Positions 13,401 through 25,100 of a DNA stretch of 64,000 nt are shown here, in pieces. How positions within the stretch are numbered: position 1 is the stretch's first letter; each line of letters starts with the position of its first letter. The DNA lies in NCBI RefSeq assembly GCF_003704095.1, contig NW_020846553.1, positions 372,001-436,000 on the forward strand, in the 5' to 3' direction. The notes beneath the pieces were generated by a model that had not been told where the DNA came from, searched no databases, and saw nothing but the letters and a program-made list of their open reading frames with translations. The position numbers and the translations under genes were made by a program. The DNA comes from Pocillopora damicornis (lineage: Eukaryota).

Positions 13401-16400
13401 GAATTAAAATTAGGACAACTGCCAACATTATCACATGGTAACATGTGGTAAGCTTACCATTGAAGTAGACATGCAATGAAAGAGTTTGAAAAATGGGAAA
13501 AAAGATTGGAAACCAACAAAACGCTTGTACCCTTCTTGTGGGGCGCAAAATCAAGTAAACACTGAAGCTAAGAAACAGACATTTATTTATTTATTTATCT
13601 GAGTAGTTTTCCTCTCTGTTTTTGTAATAAACACAAAATGAGAACTTCTTAACATAATTTAGTTTCTTATATATGATGTTCATATATTTACAGTCATTCA
13701 AAATTTAGTTCATAACTGAATAACAGTCTAGTAACAATTTTCAACGAAAAAACTTGAAAATGAAGCAGGCATTGAATAATGGGATTAAATGTAATTGTAA
13801 AACAACAATTCGCTCTATTGAAGACACAGACGACAAAAAGGAAACTATACAAGCCTCTTTCAGTTTTATATTGTACCCGAATGATTTTTCATTATCGTCT
13901 TCATCATCATCGTCGTTTTTGTTATAATCAATATAAAATCTCAATTAACTTACCTGCGGATATATAATGACAGCATGTTTTCAAAGCGAACTTTATTTAA
14001 CCTACAATTACATCACAGACACTATAGCACAATAAAGTTATGCTGCGGAAGACTTTACCCGTCATCATTATCGAAGAAGATGTAATTCTTCTGGCCGCGG
14101 TATGGCACAAACCGTATGCACGATACTCTATGAAACATCTGGATAACTTTGTTAAGATTTCCCACGATGTGTCCTGAAAAAGGGAGAATAGGACTATTAC
14201 GGAAAAAAAAAACAGTAAATAACATCTTTATTAAAAGTAACGAGGGCCAGATCTAGAAGTAAAAGTGGATTGGACAGTGTCCAATACAAAGAAGGTGTGT
14301 TACGCTGATCAATATTTTCAAGCACACTTTTGGATCTCTTGCAGATTTTATTAACCCTTCGGAGCCAATTGCTTGTTACGAGTGTGAGTGTTGTTTCAGA
14401 AGATTGGTGTTCATGATGAGAGACTCTGACTCTTCTTCTAAATTGCAAACAGTAGAGATTCATTGTTCTTGGCGAGTGCGTAAACTTTGGTTCTGCGATG
14501 TATCAGAATTGCCAGGTGCTTTTCAGCATTCATCATAACGACGTAGTTGTTTTATGATGCAGCTACATTTCAATTTTTTCGTGAATTTCAATTCTCTTAT
14601 TTGGAAATGCCGTAGTACGGCATTTCCAAATAAGAGAATTGAAATTCAGCACTTACTCATGTACGATGGAATTTTATACGGAATCACCCTTGACGTCCAA
14701 AGTCGTTTGCGAGTTCTGAGAGCATTTCTCTTCGTTCTCGCCTGGCCGGTTTTGCAAGTCTTTCCAGGATGTAGTTCTTCGTAAAGGTCACAATCGAGTA
14801 TCATGTCTCCTTGATCAAAGAAGAAACCTTCCGCTACAAGAAACAAACGAGAAATCAAGGTGGTGTAAATTTTCATACAAGTTTAATTTTTTTTTTAATC
14901 AAAGCTGGCTCCTTGGAGGTGAATAATACTCGACTATTCTCATCCAAGATAACCAATCAGCACGCGGAAAGGCATACCTTCATATAAGTGGTATTTAACA
15001 TCAACGAGTATTTCACTGTGACACAAACGATCAGAAAAAGGGGGAAACTTTTCAAACTTACCTTCATTCGTCGTTTCGATCATTTCTTGTACATTGCCTT
15101 GATACTCTCGTTTTTCTTGAAGTTGCCTTTTCTCTTGGCGCTTTCTCCAGTGGGCAAGATTGACGGCGATTATCCGTCCCATCGCATTATCATAGTCTGT
15201 AGGTTCGCAGAGTAAATAAATTAACCGTAGGTGAAGGTCAATAGCAACTTTTAAGTCCATCTTTATTAAAACAAAAAAGGGTCCCTTCCAAGGGGAGGTT
15301 TTTAATTAGCTTACTCTCCCAGCCCTCCCTCATCCTGGCAAGAATTAGATTTGATCAATGATCACCAAACGAAACAAAGTTCTTTGAACAAGATATCTAC
15401 AAAACGAAGTGGTATTTTCTTACTGCTCGTTGAAGAAAATTCCTTAATAAATTTGTGAGGTGTGAAGCTCAGCTGCAAAATGTGCGTGCATTTCCCATCC
15501 GACGGGTATTCCTGTCTTTTTTTTAGGTATCAATAGTTAGTCGTTTGAAACACAAGAATGTTAGAATTGACGACATACATACATACCGAGCTTTTTTGCG
15601 ATGGTGCAAATATATCCAAGCGTAGGACTGCGCGGTGCGACTGATTCAACATTCAAAGAATTTTTGAAGATTTTTCCCGAGTGTCCACCACACAAACCTA
15701 CAGTTTTTTTTTTTTTTTTCCAGCACAGATATTTCTCAGTCATATCGTTACTAACCTTTGTTTGCTACTTCTGTTATCTCGGGGTCATTCTCTATGGCTT
15801 TGTCGTCTGGGTACCGCCCTGCAAAGCAACATTAAATTTAGCATAATAAAATAAAGAAAATTTAAAAATAATTTTCGCGGCTGGAGACTATTCAGCTCCA
15901 TACGTTTCACATCATGTACATTCGCATACATTTGAATTTCTATCATTCAACGACGCGCGTTTGCATACCATAAAATGGTCTCATATGATCGTTTTTCTGG
16001 TATTTTGTGAAAAAGCAGGTGGATGTGAGAGCAATTCGATTCAGAAAAGGTAAATTTATGTTTAAAAAATCATTTCTTATGAGAAAATAAAGAAAGAATC
16101 ATAACAGAAGGAAATATTGAGTAGAAATTCAAGCCAAGAAAAATATTCTGGAACCATCTTTTAAGTGGGAGTATTTCTCATGGTTTATTCCTTTAGAATC
16201 AACGGATTCAGTGGGGTCTTTAACCGTCTTTCACTGTAGTTAAATACCTGCATTGTATCTTTACGATCCCCGCGAATATTAAAATAGGTAACCAGAATTT
16301 ACATGAATAATGAATATTAAACTTGATTTTTTTTTCAAAGTAGAAAATTTATATTGTTTATTTTTATGAGTAACTTTAAGTCACACCGTTCATCATGTAA

Positions 16401-19400
16401 ACCGCCTGAGAGAAATATTTGTCCTTTTACCATGTTTAGTATACATTATTTGCTTGTTTTGATTACACTGGTGTTCAGCTGTAAACTCATCAAGGTCTCT
16501 GGGTTGAAGATAACACCGCGGAATCAGAGCAAGGCGTCAAGAAATCAGTCACTGGAAAACCATTTTACGGCGTGGATACATAAAAACAGTGCCATAAGCT
16601 TAAATAATCGTCCGACCAAGCGACACTCTTTTGAGCGATTAAATGTGGACGATAACGTTGAATCCAATTATGAGACCTCATACGACAAACAAGATATGGA
16701 CGATTTTGATGTGAACAATGCAGGAGAGAAGCTACAGACAAGCTTCAGACAAGTGATTTTAGATCCAAATGAGGCGAATACTTTACGAGTTCCTCATCCA
16801 TATCCTTTCCAGCCAATTCATGTACGCCGTGACTGGCATCCCCAAATAGAACCGCTGGAGATATTCCCAAATCCCATTCAAGTTCATCATTACAGGAAAG
16901 TTCCAGTTGCAGTTCAGGTGCCGAGATATGAAATTGTTCCAAAACCTTTTTATGTTCCTTTAAGAGCATCGCCAGATTACAGTGTGCTGCACGTAGATGT
17001 TTATCACCCAGGTTGGTTTTGAGATTTTAAGGGCACCATATTTTAATAGTATTATCATTTAACAATATTCGAATCTCCCCATCACTCAAAAACCGATATA
17101 TTCGAGTGGCCAGCTTCCATCTCATCATCGATTGACCTAAAATTTTTAATGAGTTGCTGCGTAGTCAGCGAATTAAGTGTAACTACAGAAAGCAAATGGT
17201 TCATAGCTATATAGCTTCTTGATTTGTAAGTTTCGCAACTATGTCAGAGCCAATTATTTACCTATTTGCATACAGCTTCGCTTGGTTAGATGTTGGTGCC
17301 CAAGCTAACTTATTACTAATGGGAGAAAGACATCTCTCACAGAAGTTCCATTGACTATTTCATTACCACAGCTAATCCTTGCAGAAATGGCGGCCTTTTG
17401 CTATCCAGTCGCTTTGGCTATCATTGCTTGTGTTCAAAGGATTACAAAGGAAGGTTTTGCGATGGTATGTATACTACGCTTAAAGCTTTTTTAATTTATT
17501 GAAGAAAAAAATTTACGACATCAATTTAATTGATTTCTCAATCACAACGTTCCGTTAACATTGGTTTCTAGTTCATGAAAACTCATCAAAGTTATTTTTC
17601 ACGAAAATTTATTAAATATAATACTATTTTTTAAAATTTTTAAAATTTTTTTCCAGTTTATCTGTTTGATATTTTTGTTTGTTCATCGATAGCCAAGTTA
17701 TACTGCTCTTCGAGCCCATGTGAACATGGTGGAAAGTGCGAGGAAATAGAGAACAATTATCAATGTCAGTGTCCAACAGGATACATGGGTTACAACTGCG
17801 AAGGTAGATTATTAGCTTAGAGGCATTTTTACTTTTTTAAAGCAAAGACTTTGGAATGTCTATTTTCATATAAATCTGTGAAGAATAAAGATGTTATTGT
17901 TGGCATTAGTACCTGTTGTAAAGAAATCCCATATCGTTCAGCTACAGAGGTGTTGACAAACGATTGAGCTTAGGTTTCAAACACAACGAGACTCCCATTT
18001 CCATGTTGCTGTTGTTTTATTTTTTTTTCTTGAAATCGTTACCGCGTCCACGTATTATTCTCTATTTAATACTGCTGTATAACATATACATGCGTTGATT
18101 TACTCGGTTTTAGAGAAGAACTTTTGTAGACCAAACCCGTGTAAAAACGACGGACAGTGTGTGGAGACAATTAGCAATTACAAGTGTTACTGCAGATCTG
18201 GATTCACAGGGAAGCATTGCGAAGGTAATCTGTAAATCAACAATTTCATAGGAATGGAATGGGCTTGCATCTTTTAATAAACTTACGACAGAAACATCGA
18301 TGCTGCATTTACCTGACCTTCCTAGTACTCAAATATGTCAAACTTTTGCACTTTTACCACGTTGTGGGGAAGATTATGAAAATGTTACCCTGAAAGCTAA
18401 GATGACATTATTTAGTTGACGTTATGAATTTTAAAGCTATTACTGTTTTCTTACAGACTTAGATTACTGTGATCCAAACCCATGTCAACATGGCGGCACA
18501 TGTCAACAGAGACACGCCTCTCACGAATGCATCTGCAGAGAAGAATTCAAAGGAAAACTGTGCGAAAGTAAGGCGAGTTTACAGATCCCGTCTTATGACT
18601 GCCCAGTCATTTGAATCATTCAACACCAGTTTATTTATACTGACTGGGAGATAATCTTAGTTCAGTTTTGTTTATACATTGTTTTGAAATACTTTTGGCC
18701 CAATTGAAATACGTTGTGTGCGTTTTTTTCCTATTCAATCGGTTTGCCAATTTTTACATTTACACAGAGAAACGAGTGTGTCTTGCTAATCCGTGCAAAA
18801 ACGGCGGCGAATGCGTTGAGGATAACTCCAATTATCCCTGCATATGTCCGATGGGATATAGTCCGCCATATTGCAGAGGTGAGCACGTTTTCTAACGACC
18901 TGATATACAAAGTTATACCCCTTCACTTCTCTGCTTTCAAAATTTCCAAATACATAAAAATATTTAAACGTAGTTCTTGGAGTTTTTCCTAAGTCACGAT
19001 GTGCTCTGTGCTTAGTAAAAATTTCTTATTTCATCTTTATTACTTTTTCTTTTCAGTCCATGTTTGTGACTCCAACCCCTGCCTAAATGACGGTAAATGC
19101 GTTCCGGGGAAAGCAGGAGGGCACTGGAAATACCAGTGCATTTGCTCCCTCCTTTACAAAGGAGAAAATTGTGAAAGTAAGGAAACACTATAAAAAAAAA
19201 AATGAAATGACAATCTTACGAGGAATTCTTTTCAGAATTGTTACAGGCCTCGTGAACCATATCAGCCAAATTAATTCACATCTTTCTACTTTATTAGTTC
19301 CCAATCCTTGTGTAACAAATCCGTGTTTACATGGTGGAAGATGTATTGATACTTTTAGCAAGTACACAAACTTTCCAAAGGACTGGGACATAGGCTTTTT

Positions 19401-22167
19401 ACATTACTACTGCGCATGTCCACCGGATTATACAGGGCAGAAATGTGAAGGTACGTCATCCAGTTCTCACCGTCAACACATGACAAAGTTTAAAATCATA
19501 GAATGCTCATGAAATGCATCAAATGGAAAGGTTATTAATTCGAGATAGATGCAATACACGGAACTGATCCAAGCAATATCTTTTCCATCATAAAAAAAAA
19601 ACAGAAAATTTGTGTCTAAGGTGCGACGTAAATGCAACTTGCCAAAGTGGACAGTGCATCTGTAAGGATGGATTCAGAGGAGATGGCTTCAAATGCACTG
19701 GTGAGTAGTTTTTTTTATATATCCTGGTTAAACTTTATTTTTTCGTTCCTTTCGTCGTTTTGAAATATAATAAAAGCCCTATATATTTCGTGGCTGAGGA
19801 TAACTTTAATTGCTTTCATTTTTTGGTCTTAATTATTTCATTTTGTTCATATTCTGCTCTGGAAGCCATCAAGGATCCATGCGTTCCAAACCCATGTCGA
19901 AATAACGGGACATGTAGCAAGGGACCTGATGAAAGCTTCGACTGCACGTGTCCAGAGGGATTTTTTCCCCCTCTTTGCACAAGTAAGTGACATATCTTTC
20001 CAAATTCGTGGAAATAACAACGGCAGGCTTGAGATAAGTGTTATAAAAACTATCACAGGTCTCCTTTTTGGAAAATAGAAAGTCAAAACTTAAAATTGTT
20101 GTCCGAAGCCAAATCCTGAGAGTGAGTAACACTAGCTATTTTCTTTTCAATTAGTGAAGCTTGGTCGACGGCTCCATCTAAAAGCTTTAAATGCGCAGTG
20201 AATCCTACATGTAAAATAAATAAAAGTACCATCTATCCTAAAATCAAAAATCAGAGATTCTGTCCGAGAAAAGAAAGGATTTCACTGACATCTTGTATGG
20301 GTAGATTCTCGTTAGTCAGTCAAAGTTGTTGCGAAATATAGTGATTATGATTATATTATCATTATTATATTTATCATTACTTTTATCGTCATTGTCATTA
20401 TTATTACCATTATTGTGATTGATTTATCATTATTACTATTATAATCACTATATTCATTATTGTTTAGCTATTATTATTATTATTATCATCGTAAATAATA
20501 AGTTATCGTGGCAGTATTACCTTCAAACTCCATTCGTTCGTCCTCATCCATTTCTTCAAGCCACTCTGTCGAAAAAAAGGCAATAAATAGATAAATCACG
20601 CGTTGTAAGTCGATTTCACATAAAAATTAAATCAACGAAATCAAGGAAAGGTTCGAAGAATTAAATTACTCGATTCTAGGTTTTCTTCATAACCAACCAT
20701 TTTCATAATGGACTTTTTAAGGTTTAAGCTAGAAATATTTTACCATTGGTTTCCTCCAAAACTTTTTCCGTGTTTTCATCCTCGGATAGAGAGCCAATTT
20801 CGGATAGAGAGCCAATTTCTGATAGCAAATGTAGAAAAAAGGAAAAACGCGATCAGAGATGAAATAAGAAAGTACATACCGTAAAGTTAAAGAAAAACTT
20901 AAAGGGCAATGAAAGAGGGCGGGTGGGGAATTGGAAAGATATGAAGAGACGGATGAACCAGGAACAAAAGGATATAAGGAATCTCAACCTGTTTGATGGG
21001 AATGCAAATAAAGGCAAAAATGATTAGAGATGAATTTCTTTAAGTTCTTGTCACTAAATTGGGAAATTCTCAACTCGCAAAATGATGTCTATCATATGAG
21101 TATAGATACTTATGTTGATTATCATATTAATTATACATCATTTTGTCCTATTTTTTTAGTTAACCTAAAACTCCATTTTCACTTTTTCCAGATTTCATAG
21201 GAAGTGATGTTTGTCTCTAGCCGGTTTTCATTTCCTTTACAAACACAACCAAAGACTGAATCATCATGCCGAAAGTTAGAGCGAAACACTGTGTCACGCA
21301 AATTTGTCACAAAACACCAGGTCTATTATCTGAACCTGTAATGAGACTCTAATCAAGTACCCGTGAAAAGATTAATTACAATTGAGAGTTAATTTTCTTA
21401 AAAGAGTCAAATTTTCTGAGACTCGATTCCTTCCTGAGGGAAGATGGGGTCCTCCAGAATTTTTGCTTTCAGTAAATTGCATGCATTTGGCATAAAAGTT
21501 TAACGTTATGCCCCGGAGACTCGTCCTTTGTGTCAAATGTCAATATTTACGTCAGCGAGACGCTCTATGAATCAGCCACATACTTGAGAAGTCATTCGAA
21601 AATGAGTTATTTAATTTGTCATTTATTTTCGTCGTAGTTAGAATTCAAGAACGTAAATTAATTCTAGTTCGGCTAGATTAAACCGGACTTCTATCTTAAT
21701 TATTCATGAATTAGTCAGTTATATTGTCTCTTTTAGTTTCAATGTGTCGTTCAGTTTCAGGTTTTCCTCGAAACGGACACCTTTTCTTTCGCGTAAGGGC
21801 CTTTAAACTAACAAGAGTAAAGCCAGTCTCTCTGCTTAACATCACAGGATGGGATTTGGCATTATGTCGCAGTGATCTGTACTGGTCATGCAGTCATGGT
21901 TTATAAAACCTCTCTATGCGTAACAGAATTAATCTAATCCTGCTTTTAGCGACAGCCGCTCCATCGCAGTGTACTTTCATAACGCAAAGTTCAAACGTGA
22001 ATCAATGAATCTTCGAGACGTGACAAACAACGTTTCTGCCTAAAAAAAAAAGGTGCTGTCAACATACCTGAATATAAATCCTCGATTTCGTTGGCAATAT
22101 TTTTTGCTCTTGCGACGCTAACGGAGTGAAGGAGTATCAAAATAACTGCAAAACTCACGAGGTGCAT
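4409..22167 (-). CDS. Secreted astacin-family zinc metalloprotease: signal peptide - acidic prodomain - astacin - 2x TSP1 - MAM - 4x ShKT (astacin 2)
   Basis: 20 phase-consistent exons: 22068-22167 (MHLVSFAVILILLHSVSVARA), 20744-20818, 20521-20565, 15756-15818, 15062-15196, 14657-14833 (FDQGDMIL, RTKR), 14059-14173, 13154-13266 plus 12724-12795 (HELLHALGFFHEQARDDRD), 12059-12286 (SIMHY), 10824-10997 and 9708-9887 (TSP1, WxxWSxW), 9032-9166, 8133-8401, 7748-7829 (MAM: GPSRDHTTG, YYLYMESS, DIAIDDV), 7220-7327, 6671-6781, 6382-6420, 5777-5905, 4409-4518 (ShKT, TAG). Core 4409-15196 is very secure; linkage of the first four exons is inferred from phase and splice sites. Confidence 0.9.
11744..11837. 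repeat. Short imperfect inverted repeat (MITE-like remnant) in an astacin 2 intron
   Basis: gttttggtgtgtggtatcgctgag pairs with cttagcgattctgcacaccaaaac. Confidence 0.55.
12497..12793. repeat. ~149-bp tandem duplication containing a copy of the astacin 2 FFHEQARDDRD exon
   Basis: 12497-12644 and 12645-12793 align directly. The copy at 12575-12644 keeps the donor but has no adjacent AG acceptor. Confidence 0.9.
13299..13398 (-). mobile_element. Fragment of a Penelope-like/retrozyme-type repeat with a degenerate minimal hammerhead-ribozyme motif
   Basis: Minus strand reads gact-ctaatga-cttccgctcaggttggc-gaaa-cg-tc-aatc. Family assignment is from recalled similarity, not a search. Confidence 0.45.
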
Positions 22168-25100
22168 TTTAACGGACGATTCTAGCTGCAGCAACTAGCC
22201 AGCAGATCATTCAAATGTTTCCCAACTTCAAATTTCCAATTTAAAAGCGCTAGTCTCTCACCAGGATGCCTTGATTCGTTATCGATGCTAAATAAATAAG
22301 CAGCTCATTAGACCATGGCAATATATAACCGTTTTTTTCTCTCCTTTTGTTTATGTCGTATCTAATTTAAATGTGTTGATATGGCGGGCTGGAATTTTGC
22401 GCCACAGTCAGGAGATCGTTAACGGCCAGCACGCAACGGCGAAAAATCATCTTAGAAACAAAAATATGCTCAAATTCACTTTGTTTTTCATTGTTTATTC
22501 ACCAAGACTCATTTTATGAACACTTGAAAAGTATGTCAGATGTGAAAGTGTGTATAATTTGCAAAATCAACGAAGCGGATAAATATTTGTGCTCAGTGTG
22601 AAAGGAAGGCATCAACCGTGACCTGAGCGTCGGTTGGGGACTCTCGAGGTGCCGTTGCAAGTCTGGAGAAGCTTTTTCAACACCGAAGTCAGTGCGGTGA
22701 ATGGCTCAAGAAGAAGAAAACTTAGTGTGCTGTACCCGTCTCATGACATGAAGCTCCGGGACATGTACCTACCTTAATGTTAATGCCTCCAGGACAGAAT
22801 TTATTTGAAATACCCCTCCTTAATAAGTAACTAGTCCTTAAGTATTACTGGTATTCTCGCGACCTTTCAAGTCAACGAAGAAGAGGATTTGTTTTGAAAC
22901 ACCTATAGTGGCGAGCATAAAACCGTTCGCAATGCGGTATATCTAATTTCATGTGCAAATCAAACGGGCTCTTGATTAAACATCCTTAATTGACAGTTGA
23001 GCAAACATTTCACTAGATATTCTAGATAGTTTTAAATTTACCAGTATTATTATATTTTTTATTCAATTTTTAACTAAATAGTAAAAGGAATTGCTGATCC
23101 TATTCAATGCCCTCTCGTATAATCGTTTTTGGACCTGAGTACCGGCCTATTCCTATAATCAAGGGGAGTTATCCGCGTGTTTTTAATTGATCGCGAACTA
23201 GTTACTAATCATTCGGCTACGTAATAGAAATCGAAAGCTTTTCATCGAAAATGCCACCGTTCAGAGTTTTTCCCATGGTCATTCAGCTCTGGCTGAGAAA
23301 CGTAGCTGCGCAAAACATCTTTCCAATATTATACAGGCTTACCACGAAAATAAAGTAACTGTTAAATTACTTTACTTGCAGGCATTTTTACAGATGAGTC
23401 TTCATATTCGGCTTCAATGTAATTTAAAATTCATGTTTTTTTTAGTTGAAATAGGAGCTAAGTTGATTTGGAAGGGATTTTAAGAGATTACCTACAAAAC
23501 CTAGTAAAATGATACTTCGCAGAAATAAAACTTTTACTGATTTGATTAAAAAACCTGAAGTTACCAGGTGGCTAAGAACGATTTACGATGTACGTAACAA
23601 GTGTTTAAAAATAACTAAATTGGTTGATATGATTGAGGAAGGTCCCCTTCCCCCCACTTTAAAGCGGGAACATTTCTATGGAATAGAACAAGCTTTTTTC
23701 GAATAATTGAATATGCTAACTGTTATTAACCTACTTAATTTTTCTATTGATGTATTTCAAATATCAGTTTTGTTTTTGTTTCTACAGCGGTAGATGTTTG
23801 TATCCCTAATCCTTGTAAAAATCAAGGGATTTGCACAAAGGATGGCGTCGATCGATATCATTGCATCTGCCCGGCGGGCTTTTTACCTCCTAATTGTGTA
23901 AACAGTAAGTTATAACAAACTAAACTGTTTTTGAGAGAGTTCTTCTGCTTCTTGACTCCTCGTTGGTTATCTGGAGGAACCAAAAGTTTTCTCGTTGTGT
24001 CACGCTGTACTTTTAACCCTTTACACAATTACTACACACTTACATCAGTGTGCCTAGTCCATTCTGATCTCTATACACTTCATAGGATGCTGACAAAGAC
24101 AACTTATCTAACAATTAAGAGCATTTTTGGTCATTAATCGATCTCTTTTTTCTCTTGGCCTTTAAGTCTTATTCGGGAGTGATAGTGTGAGGAGAAATCA
24201 GATTGAGAGTTGAATCCGACCATAAGTTATCACCGTTACTTACTGAGCAGCTGGGAAATAACTGCTCTCTGCTATGCTTGCTTCTTAGAGACTGTTGATC
24301 CTTGCGTCCCTAATCCATGTCTAAACAGAGCAACTTGTCAGGCGTCACAAGATAAAAAGAGATTTACCTGCAACTGCAGAGGAAGTTTTAAGCCTCCTCT
24401 TTGTGGTAAGTAGAGTAAAATGGTAATGATAATGATGATAATAATCATAATTACGACGATAATTAACGAGTCAAATTAGGGCTCACATTAATTACATACT
24501 AATATACATTGAATCTATATATACAATGAAATGAATTTTCTTTATATATTATATAAATATATATATATATATATATAACGCGATATAGAAAATTCATCTC
24601 CTAAGGGCACAAACAATGCCATGAAGTCTGATTAAATTCTATAGACCTATCAAATTCTAGTAGCAACTGACTCTTTATCTCGATACGAGTAATAAGAACA
24701 GCCTAAACAAAGAGAATATGTTGATATTCTCTTGTTAAAACAGAATTGTTTTAACATCAAAACGGATTTTTATTAAGGAATCCGAAAGCATCTAAGTAAT
24801 TACACTAAAATAGTCATTCGTCTGAGGCTCAGTGGATATTGTTAAATAATCCCCGATGCTATATATATATACATATATTCACACCTCTAATATTCAATTT
24901 ATATACATATTTTTTTTGTTTGTTTTTTTGTTTTTATGTTTTTTTTTGTGTTTTTTTTTCGTGCAGTTATCATTTAAACTTAACAAACGAATAAAGGAGA
25001 ACTACTCCGTACAACTATGGAAACCTCATTCCACTAATTTTATTCCTCATCAACTGAACAGACACATATCTTAAAGAAATGGAGAACATCCTCGGTAATC

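Noticed and set aside
15424-15472. Extra astacin 2 exon (good-looking AG and GT on the minus strand)
   Set aside because: Contains a stop in the phase required by the flanking exons, and its length would shift the frame.
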